From the NCBI GenBank assembly GCA_000182565.2, contig KQ257452.1: a stretch of 64,000 nucleotides of DNA. One strand, given 5' to 3'. The DNA is from Spizellomyces punctatus DAOM BR117. Lineage: Eukaryota. A program made the position numbers and the translations under genes. A model generated the notes under the pieces. That model did no database searches. It saw only the letters and a program-made list of their open reading frames with translations, and was not told where the DNA came from. Shown one piece after another: positions 37,892 to 47,701 of this stretch; positions within the stretch are counted from its first letter, which is position 1, and each line of letters starts with the position of its first letter.

Positions 37892-39256
37892 ATGCGTTTC
37901 AACTTTGCCCTAGTTCTTCTCTATGTCGTCTTGCTAGCACTTTCCAAGGAAGCGATCGCAGCAAAAGGCAGTAGCGGCGGTGGAGGAAAAGGCGGTAGCA
38001 CGGGAGGTAAGGGAGGCGGAACTTCAAGCGGAGGCAAAAACACTGGGAGCGGGGGAAGCACTGGAGGCAAGCCAAGCGGGATTCCCCGGACCTCGCCGGG
38101 ATCAACAATAGGGAGTGGATACAAGACCAAGGGGTACACACCAGGTGCAGCGACCAACCGCGGTGTATTCAACCCAAGCAATCGAGGAGTTGGATCAGGC
38201 TTTTTTGGAAACGGCCTTGGTCACAATCGACTCTTCTGGATAGCGCTGTTTGGGCCTCTGGCTTTTCACCATTGCGGGTACCATTGTCGCTACGGGCAAC
38301 GATATAACGAGAATGAAGGAAAATACTACGTGCGACAGTATGATCCCTTGGTAAACAATAATACAAAAACTGTTATATACAGCACGGCACGGAATACCGA
38401 CGACGGTGCCGACAATCGTATGCAGTTTGTCTTTTCTACAGCAAGTTATCCTTCCATTCGCGCCACCTACTATGATTCCTCGAATGTGCAAGCAGCGAGC
38501 GGTGAAGGAGATTTTACCTATGGGTTGACGTTGTTCAGGGTATTGGAATACGTTGATGGTGACGGAAACGGCGTCTTTTCCCAAGCGGACAATGTAACCC
38601 GTTCGGTGGACCTGAATCAAGGACAGTGGGGTCCTCTTTCTTTTATTGAGAAATTCTCGGATACAAGGCGGTACTATGAAGCTACCTCTGAGATGGTAGC
38701 TCCCGTTGCCAATTCAACCCAAAATGTCACTTTTGCTGTGACATTTCGTGCGACCAACATCCTCATAAACTCCACCGACACACTTGTGCTTCCGAACGCG
38801 GGAATGATAGATTTCAATATCAAAGGTCTCACACCACAAACCAACGTAGCTCTCCAAGTCCTCCTTCGCTCCTCTGAACAATTCAAGTCAGACCCGAACC
38901 CAACTCTAAAAGACGGGAACCTGACCAAAGGAATTGGATTCGGCGATGCTGCCGGGGGCCGCTTTGAGTGGTTTACCACATCGGCGACAGGCTCGCCTCT
39001 CACATCCGACAACATTACGAACCCCACTGCCGGCACCACATCCGAAGATACCAGGATAGTCGGCGGCAAGAATGAGACTGTCCAGATGCAAACACTGAAC
39101 CTTGTATCTGGGTCGGGTAGTGTCAATGTCCGGGCTATATCGTTTTTAGATGAGGAGATTTTGACCCCAGAGTTTAGCTCTGCAAGGAGGGCTATAAGCA
39201 AGACGTGGGTTGGGGGTCTAGTGGTTTTCACTGCTATGTGGATGTTACTTTTGTAG
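37892..39256 (+). CDS. Secreted/GPI-type protein with Gly/Lys-rich N-terminus, internal hydrophobic segment and DxDxNG-containing domain
   Basis: Signal peptide, GGK repeats, LFWIALFGPLAF, EYVDGDGNGVF and a hydrophobic C-terminus; intronless 454 aa ORF. Confidence 0.75.
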   Translation: MRFNFALVLLYVVLLALSKEAIAAKGSSGGGGKGGSTGGKGGGTSSGGKNTGSGGSTGGKPSGIPRTSPGSTIGSGYKTKGYTPGAATNRGVFNPSNRGVGSGFFGNGLGHNRLFWIALFGPLAFHHCGYHCRYGQRYNENEGKYYVRQYDPLVNNNTKTVIYSTARNTDDGADNRMQFVFSTASYPSIRATYYDSSNVQAASGEGDFTYGLTLFRVLEYVDGDGNGVFSQADNVTRSVDLNQGQWGPLSFIEKFSDTRRYYEATSEMVAPVANSTQNVTFAVTFRATNILINSTDTLVLPNAGMIDFNIKGLTPQTNVALQVLLRSSEQFKSDPNPTLKDGNLTKGIGFGDAAGGRFEWFTTSATGSPLTSDNITNPTAGTTSEDTRIVGGKNETVQMQTLNLVSGSGSVNVRAISFLDEEILTPEFSSARRAISKTWVGGLVVFTAMWMLLL

Positions 39257-39533
39257 ATACATTGTATGTAGAAGCGATTTTGGATATTTTTGGATTTTGG
39301 TAGATTGTATCTAAAGACTTGAACAAGTTAGCTGACAATTCAATTCCAGTCTGATCATTCGTAGATGCATGTATACTTCTAAGCTACCTGTCCCATAAAG
39401 CCCTAAAAGTTGATCAGCTTACGTAAGTCGGCATAAACGGCTGAGGAGGAGTGACGTGACCTTGCGACTTGGCAAGGAAGCCTCAACTCTCAACACTACA
39501 TTGGAACGAATCCCATAAAAACGGTTGAACGAC

Positions 39534-40619
39534 ATGCCAATCATTTACGGCCTGGTCGCCCGAGGCGCCATCATCCTCGCCGAGCATGCAACGACAACAG
39601 GAAACTTTACCACTGTCACCCAACACATTCTCGAACGCCTACCGGAAGGCGATTCGAAAATGACGTTTGTTTACGATAGGTTTGTTGTTTTGAATATTGT
39701 GTTAGGTGCCATTGAACAGTTGGCTGACGGTATATTGGACTATCAGATATCTATTCCATTACATTAGCCGCAACAACATTACGTATCTCTGCTTAGCTGA
39801 CGATTCATTTGGTCAGTAGATTGGGCGACCATGACATTTTTTCACACCGAACTTACAAATCTCTTGCACAGGTCGTCGCCTCCCATTCGCATTCCTGGAA
39901 GATATCTCCCGCCGCTTCGAAAATGCATATGGAGATAGAGCCCAAACAGCGATTGCATATGGGTTGAACGAGTTTTCCAAAGTGATTGCAACGCAGATGG
40001 TGGGAATTGTCTACATGTTGAGCAAAAATGGTCCATCACTAAATACATGTCGTACCACTGTTTAGGAGTATTACTCAAACAACCAGGGTGCAGACCGATT
40101 GAGACAGGTGCAAGGAGAGATTGATCAAGTGCGAGATGTGATGGTGCACAATATTGGTACGTCTGCCTATCCTATGAATGAACCAACCGCTATCTTCGCA
40201 CGCTGCTAACATCATTCCGATGATTAGAAAAAGTTTTGGAAAGAGGCGAACGCATTGAGATCCTCGTTGACAAAACCGACAATCTAAACCAAACCTCTTT
40301 TGCCTTCAAGAAACGCTCAACGGCTCTTCGTCGACGAGAATGGTGGAAAAACACTCGGTTGATGATCATTCTCGTTGCTGTTATCTTTCTGGTCATTTAC
40401 TTTACCGTTGGAGCTTCGTGTGGGTTCCCTGGATTCCACAAGTGCATTGTGGGTAGCTGTTTTATTTTTGATTGACAAGCTTGGTGTTTTAACTACTTAT
40501 GATAGGGTTCTGACTCCGCCAACAATGTCACGTAAGTCATATCCTAGCATGCGCTGTACGTGTTACACATGTCCCTAACGAGATCCTGTAGGCCAAACTC
40601 TGCTCAACTGCTGGAATAA
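39534..40619 (+). CDS. VAMP7: Longin R-SNARE VAMP7/SYBL1
   Basis: MPIIYGLVARGAIILAE longin start, [41 protein letters not shown], WWKN plus a transmembrane segment. Confidence 0.93.
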
Positions 40620-40934
40620 CGTCTCCCTTCCGTTGATGAGGACACGTAGATTTGCGTCATTTGCAAGTTTGCCACTTGTGCTTGTACCTCTGTTTGTAAA
40701 AAGCGACATATATGTGAATATAAGATCTTGTTTGAACATATTGGGGAGGTTGTTAACGGAAACTCTCGGGTGGACATTTAAATGATTGTGATACGATGGA
40801 CTATGAGCTGCACCGACTCTGGATACTTGGTGATGAGACGTGAAATTGATATCCTCCTACAGTCTTGTTCACTATAGAGTAATTGATGTTTGTCTTTCTT
40901 TTTGTCATATTCGTAACGTCAGTCGTTGATATCT

Positions 40935-41400
40935 TTTCTTTTCATCCTTTTTTCACAATTGGTCTATGACCAGTGCCAACGCAACTATCAGTCCATCTCA
41001 GCCAGGTCCTCCCTCAGCCCGAAGACATATTGGGTATAGCAGCCGCCCCAACCATCGCGACTGCAGTCCATGCAACCACCCACATGCAACATAGTACGAT
41101 CCAGGTCCTCCCTCAGCCCGAAGACATATTGGGTATAGCAGCCGCCCCAACCAACGCGACTGCAGTCCATGCAACCACCCACTCAGGCCCTCCCTCCGCC
41201 CGAAGGCATCATTGGGTTATATCCCTCCGCCCGAAGGCATCATCGGGATATAAGTAGCTGCTCCACACCAGCGCAGACTACAGTCCATCTCAACCACGGG
41301 TCCTCCCTCCGCCCGAAGGCATCGTCAGGTATACCTCCGTCCGAAGACATCATTGGTATAGCAGCCGCCCCAACCATCGCGGGTCTGCAGTCAGCGTCAA
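40935..41400 (-). ncRNA. Putative structured ncRNA: four units plus a partial unit containing six UUCG-capped k-turn-type hairpins
   Basis: Unit = GGACT + stem-loop + one or two [CCC-RAT-GAT-GYC-TTCG-GRC-GGA-GGG] + AGGRCC; compensatory changes in the stems; upstream TATA box; no reading frame is maintained across units. Confidence 0.55.
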
Positions 41401-41436
41401 CCGGTGAAGTTCAAAGCAGGGGGACAAGGGAAGTGT

Positions 41437-41450
41437 GCCTTTTTATAACC
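41437..41450 (-). promoter_or_regulatory. TATA box (GGTTATAAAAAGGC) of the left unit
   Basis: Identical 14-mer to 42303-42316 in inverted orientation; ATTGG (CCAAT) about 100 bp upstream. Confidence 0.65.
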
Positions 41451-41762
41451 GAGGGCGACTGCGCGTTTGGGGTTGTGGGGCAGGGCATGCAACGTAAGCT
41501 TTTCTCTCGAGAAGACGATGACGTTCTAGTCCCTTGAGAGTAGCACCAATCGACGTTGATTTGTAGAACGTGCTTCTACCCCTGGCATCTCCTTGACGCG
41601 CTCGTTCTTCTGCGGAAATTCACGACGAACCTTCTCGACCGACTGCGACCGCCGTAAAACAACTGGACATTAAAACGACATTGAGCATTGAAAGGCTGTC
41701 CATATCCTGCATTGCCTGCTGTTGATATGTGCAAAACGGTCGTTTTCATCCTACTCGAGTAG

Positions 41763-42118
41763 CGTGGGAAAAAGATAAATAAATGACTAACGCGCTCACA
41801 TAGTCATCACACCTTCAAAAGGGGGTTTAATCCAGGAGGGCGACCGCAGGGCTTCTTTTTTGAACATTCGTACAAAACCTATCTGATCACGATTAACTGC
41901 TCAAAGGGGCACTGGAGCACCGACCATCTAGTTGCTGTCGGGTTATGCGAATATTGACAGAGCTTTTTCGAGTGCGACAAACCCCCACATCTAGGCTCGA
42001 CGGAGAGCGATCCTTAAGCAAAACAAGTACTGGACATCCTTTGCTGTCTGTGCATACGATATTCGTCTTTCATATCGTTCGGGCAGGACCGTGGGAAAAT
42101 CAAGATAAACAAATGACT
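41763..42118 (+). promoter_or_regulatory. Duplicated composite motif CGTGGGAAAA..AGATAAA.AAATGACT (41763-41788 and 42090-42118)
   Basis: Direct repeat between the divergent TATA boxes. Confidence 0.55.
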
Positions 42119-42302
42119 CGCTTCATCACGCGTTTACATAATCTTGACTCGCGCGCGTGTGCAAGGGGAACGAACGCATGCCAGGAGGTGAAAACGACGA
42201 CGATGATTGGGCGTTCATGGCGTGCTCAGAAGAATGACGTACGCAGGATACGGAATCTTCCGCCGAGAATTCCGAATGGCAAAAAAAAGCGCAGTTCCCC
42301 AG

Positions 42303-42316
42303 GGTTATAAAAAGGC
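42303..42316 (+). promoter_or_regulatory. TATA box (GGTTATAAAAAGGC) of the right unit
   Basis: Inverted copy of 41437-41450; preceded by GCGCAGT and ATTGG as in the left promoter; followed by a pyrimidine tract. Confidence 0.65.
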
Positions 42317-42339
42317 GACCCTCTCTCGCATATCCCCGC

Positions 42340-42610
42340 ATTTCTCTTCATCTTTCCTTCCGCCTCGGGATGGCATAAAACTCGCTCCAGCCATGGGTAC
42401 TGGCGTAAAACTCAACTCGGTCCAAAAGTATACCGGATAACTTTAAAGGCCGTTGTAGTAATGCAACGTGATAACCTCTTTGAGGTGGGCGCCTGGGACT
42501 GATCGTGTGCGCGCGCCAGAAATGGTAGGAGCAACGACTCGCCGGAGCCTTCGGGCGATGATGGCATCCTCTTCGGGGGAAGGGCCTGTGATAAAGGATG
42601 AAAAGGATGA
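42340..42610 (+). ncRNA. Putative structured ncRNA or 5' leader with a permuted k-turn and UUCG/GAAA tetraloops
   Basis: GGACT + stem containing GCCA-GAAA-TGGT, then GCC-GGA-[GCC-TTCG-GGC]-GAT-GAT-GGC, TCCTC-TTCG-GGGGA, AGGGCCTG, and a trailer shared with the left unit. Confidence 0.5.
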
Positions 42611-42699
42611 AAATGATTGCTAGCCAAACTGCCGTTGAAATCCTATCCAGACACACTCTCAAACGAACGCGATATTGCCTACAAGGCAACGCTCACTTT

Positions 42700-45600
42700 C
42701 TTCCCGCGTGGAACCGACACAGAAATACAACCCTATTATCCACCTGTATACGGCAGGATGTTACTACAAGAGTATGAATGGGTGAACCATAGCGCTGACA
42801 CACACGTTAAGCACGATTCATGAGGGCCGCTCTCGACAAACGAAATAAGTGATCTTGAATAAAACGAGCTGCCCCATATTGGAAGGCACAATTGTGTCGA
42901 CATCCATGAAACCTTGAGAGATTCTGGGTCCGTTTTCCGCCATAGGACACCATTGAGTGGTCCTCACAGCACTGGATGCGCTGATGTGAACGCTTTTAGT
43001 TCGTATCATATCGCTGCACACAATCGACTATTGGATATTTTACTGTTGAACTGCGATGCAAAACTGTTCATTGTTATGTTAACAGATCTGATAAATTGGA
43101 TTGTTCCATTTTTGTGTGCGGATGCGATGCAGGGCTGCCGATGGATAAAAGGATTCTCTGATTTCATGATTGATAATGCGATCCTGGTAAACTAGATGCC
43201 ATCTTGAGAATTATGTGATGCTGATTTAGCTGTCTTTATCTCGGAATCCGATCCCTATGATAAAGTCCTGATGCTGATAGTTATAGCCCTGTTGTGGATG
43301 AAATAGTTCTTTACTTTCCTGCAGATTCAAGCCGACCCTCTTCCTCGAATCTCTGACGTAGCTGTTCGAAACCAAATTGTCAGCAAATGACTCCAATAAG
43401 CTCCCCAGTCGGCCATCAAAGTTGCAAGGTAGGGCATCTATTCTGCAAACCTTATTCGAGGGTGTGGGTTCGTTGATAGTCTATGTCGCAGGCCTGAACC
43501 ATGGAGATCAGGCATGCTTATAATGCTAATGGCATTTACAACCATGCTTTAAGGACTGGAATTCCGGTTTATGTCTTCTTCCTATGGATATTTGCTTCTC
43601 GAGACCACTTTTTTCCTTTGGAATTCCAACACTCCCGCAAAGAATGGGCTATTTCCATCATGTAGCATGTTTCCTCTCAATAGAAAAAAGTATGCCAGAA
43701 GCTCTTTCTTTCTCGAACGCACTTTTGCCAACGGTGGGTTCTAATCCTGTTCAAGGTATCGTCTCAACCATAACCATTAGCTTAAGAAAGGAATATCTGT
43801 AATTTATTTTCAGTTCGCACACATTCGGGTAGCCAAACATCGTGAAGATTTTAGATCTTTAGAGCACTTTATACATCCTTTGGTACATTATTTATTTTAC
43901 ATGTCCTAGGGTCACCAGCTACTAGATGTTTTTCATTAAACACCTGGGGACAATATGACAGCTGATGAAAGATTGAGGCGGAGGCCAAAATTGATTCATA
44001 TGCTTTGCTTATTGTCTTTAGAAACAAGCATCTTACGCTGAAAATGGACCTTGAGCGCAAAAGGTGCACAAACCCGCGTCTGGTGAGGGATGCACCCTCC
44101 CGACGACAACAGGGAACCCCAAAAAAGAAACGCATCAATTATGATAGATATTAGGAACATGTATGACCAGATGCGCTGCCCAGGGATTTCGTGAAATGAT
44201 CCAAATGCAAACTTTATTGTTCGCAATTATCTCCAAACGGATTGTACAGCCTGGAACTGATTATCCAGGACATAATATACTTCCAATGCAATTAATATCC
44301 AGGATTCATGCTAGCATCGATACCATCAACGTCAATGTATGTGGTCGATGCCTTCTCTCAAAGCACAAATAATTATTGGTTTAAAGGTGCTCTCGATAAT
44401 CCCACTGCGAACAGTGACAGAGGTGTCATGCCAAGACCATTTTGCTCTCACTCCTTTAATTGGAAAGTGCTGGCAGGAACTGATGATCCAGGTAAGGTTA
44501 TATCATCGTTTATTAATCACACTCACAAGCTCTCGGTCAATAATTCTGCAGCCTAATGATTGAGTGTGTGTAGTGGGAGTATATTCTAGAATAAGGCTTT
44601 GCACCGACGATATCCTATGACTTGCTTGACGATAGGCGAGTCAAAGTTTTTCAATCAGACATTTAGCAATGTTGACTCAGTCGGAGTGATGCATCGGTCG
44701 ACTTGTCTTGTACTCTCTCGATGATTTCGGAAGTGATACATGTCGAGTGCTTGGATTGTGGGGGAGGACACTTGTTCTCGTTGGCAAATTGGAGATGAAA
44801 TAGAAGCATTACGTTGGAGCATCATAGCAAGTTGCAACTTTAGGATAAGGTATGCTACAAGTTCAATGTGCATGACATCCCTTGCGCCCGATCTTGCTTT
44901 AAGAACAAGTTTCGCGTTACTTTCCAGCTAAACGTCTTAAAGCAAGTATCGAATCCCAAGAGAAACAAAGTTCTAGCATGTGAACATGCTTTGTCGGATC
45001 ACCGGTCCTATGTGGTCTGGCAAGACTTTTCACCCGATTTATCTATCCCGCAGATTAGTGAGAATGTCCTTTATTGCGGACATCAGATATACTGCTTTTG
45101 CGAACGAAATGCGTTATGTACTAGAAGAAACAATTGACATGTAAGCTATGGCAGGGAGCGTTAACTAATCATGCAGGTATGCGTAAGGATGGTATCAGGC
45201 CGAAAACATTGTGTTTTGTTTCAAGAATCATTGAAACTATTCACAGAGCATATTGGAGCACAAGTCGCCATCATTGAATAAGGCCAATCATTCGAAGGAT
45301 ACATTTATGCAATCTTGTGTTGAGAAGCTGATGTCTACGGAAAGGCGTTCATAGTGAGCTTTCACATATTGATAACCGACCGGATTATGTAGCAGATGGA
45401 GAGAAGGTACTCGAGTGTGCTTTACACATGACGGATGACCAGGAACAAAATTCAAGTTGGCGGAAAAAGAACTGTACAAATGCGTGTGAAGAAAGCACTA
45501 TGACGCTCGATTTTCTGTTTTCATTTCGGCAAAGATGAACAGCATTAGGGTCTCACAGTTACTAGGCCCAATTTTTTCAACTCAGCATGCAACATTTGCA

Positions 45601-46995
45601 TATAACCATTGAATTCAGAGGCAAACGCTTCAGCCTTAGATAGAACGCTGTAAAGCGTTGGTGACAACGAGACGATCGTGCCGTTGCCAAACTGCCTCAC
45701 TCAAGAACCTCGATCCTCGTCATGTTGAAATGATAATTGCTAGTACTCGCTCCGATGGAACCGATCAAAAAATAGGATGGCAAAGGTGTCACGAATGATC
45801 CGTCAATTAAATAGCGCTCTGATGTGACATAAGTACCGATCTAGATCTAGCTTGCTGAAATGAGTACAAGTGAGGTCATTATAATCATGTCTTCTTTGCA
45901 TGTTGATTCTTCGCTTGAGACGAATTTTCGTCTTTATTTAATCGAAGGAACCCGAGATTTAATTGATGCAATGGATATCAACAAAGGGGCCAAACTAAAT
46001 GTCGATATGTTATGCTTTCAACGTGCCTACTGCCGAAAAGGCAAATGTTGCAGCTACAGTGTCAACCGGTCGCACCAGACGTGATGTCGGTGCTCTCCAC
46101 GCGACCAAAGGATCTCTCTGATGTGGTCGTTCAAGACTGGATAGTAAACAGCAGACGTCAGAATAGTCCACTAAAAGTATTCCACATTCTTTCATCATAT
46201 TCAGTTCAGTTGGTGCAGGTAAAAAGCACATTCGCAAAGATTATCTCAAGGAGATCACGACACTCTGCTGCAGGACAGGAAATAAACCGTGCAAACAAAA
46301 ATGGTGTAGACGGCATTTTCGAGATCTGGTAGATAAAAGTGATTTTACAAACCCGTGTCCCGAGTCAGACGTACTCTGGTCATCCGTGGTGAGAGCGGTC
46401 AGTTGATGAACGCTGCACACAATGCCCTGATCAGCGGGTGCTAAAAATGTCCCCGAGTACGATTCCTACATCTTTGTGCACGTCATTAGCATTACTCCCT
46501 TTCGCGCAGAGCATTTGTTACTAATCCCGAGCCTATAATATACAAAGATATCTCAAATATAATTGATACTGCGGCTCAAAACGTCGGTTTCTCAGAGAAT
46601 ATGACCGAGTTGAAGATCGCTCTTAACGACGCCGATTTTACGAGTATCAGTCTCGTTCTTCTGGCGTGTACAGAGAGTAGCGGCATGTCTGCACAACATC
46701 GTGTACTCTTTGTTTGTGAAGCAGAGGCGGGACGAATCTTGCAACCAGGGTGCAAAAAGGCGTTCCTCAGGCTAAATGAGGAAGATATTTGTTATTCCCC
46801 ACATTTCTATCTTCAGAGTCTTATGTTCGTTTGTATGACAGCCGGATGAATATCTTGTATTCCAAAGGAACGATAATGTCATGCCCGTGCCAGTGTATGA
46901 CATGCCTATTATCCCTGGCTTTGATGATAAAACTGCACATAGAGATAGGATCCGTTAAACGTACTCGTGAATTTATATTTCCTACCCGCACGTAA
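42700..46995 (+). pseudogene. Probable heavily decayed large gene(s), unidentified
   Basis: Lower GC and no long ORF, but protein-like fragments and an intron-like element gtaagc...ctaatcatgcag (45141-45176). Confidence 0.3.
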
Positions 46996-47418
46996 AAATA
47001 TGGAAGCAACTTTAAAACTTAATCGCTTCCATACTTATTTAATTACTAGTCCCAGCACAAATGTTTAAACCAGAGCACGTGCAAACCTCTCACGAGCATT
47101 TCGAAAGTGAAGGTTAAAGTTAAAGTTACTGACATAATTAACATACATAGTGTGGCGGTGATTGAAAATGGCACTAGAACTCATTATTATCCGGATTAAT
47201 CCGGTTAGTCATATCGCATAATCAGCACCCCCTCTGTCGCCCAAAGCGGTGAGGCATGCAGCGGTGTGGCATGCTAATATGATTTTTTTTTTTAAACTGC
47301 GGTGAGGCGCATGCCAAAGGTCTATAAAAGGGGGGCCTTCTGTCTCTTTCCTCTTTACCCATCCTCGACTCTCGAAGCATCTGCGCAACGCTCACGCAGC
47401 ACTCTCAAGTCCATCATC

Positions 47419-47701
47419 ATGAGAATGCCGCTCTGGTGCCGAGGACCTCGCCCTCCCGACAAAAACAACATAACCCCTTGCAAACGCTGCTACTACTATG
47501 CTGCAACGATCGCAGGTATGCATTATCTTTGTATTTTCCCACGCGGATTATCCAGTCTAATTCTGATCTACCTTAGTATCTGAACATCCTCCGACAAAAG
47601 AATTTCGGAATCAAGGGCTTAGTAGGATTTCTCGCGTGGTGGTGGGCTTAGTTACCCGGTTAGAAACAACCGTAATGTATTGCATGTGTAATTGGGCCTA
47701 G
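47419..47701 (+). CDS. Small 2-exon ORF (73 aa), MRMPLWCRGPRPPD..., paralog A
   Basis: TATAAAA at 47323, phase-1 GT-AG intron 47516-47576, homology to 54888-55221. Confidence 0.45.

Noticed and set aside
41190-41360. SAM-I riboswitch
   Set aside because: Only the P2-type k-turn sequence matches; the P1/P3 SAM-binding core (AUC..GAG, GCAAC...GUGC) is absent.
41000-41400. CRISPR-like array
   Set aside because: No unique spacers, no cas genes, and a eukaryotic context.
40973-41537. Repeat-encoded ORFs on both strands, including (P)NDAFGRR units resembling Kex2-processed repeat peptides
   Set aside because: Indels between units break the reading frame and there is no signal peptide; substitutions preserve base pairing rather than codons.
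42488-42530. Hammerhead or glmS ribozyme (CTGATCG...GAAA; GCGCCTGGGACT)
   Set aside because: The CUGANGA core and stem III are incomplete, and the glmS GACGAGG element is absent.
47440-47465. HDV-like ribozyme (GAGG-ACCTCGC-CCTC, and TCCTCGT in paralog B, resemble P3/L3)
   Set aside because: No P2 partner strand, P1.1 GG or J4/2 element found; the differences fit synonymous codon changes better.
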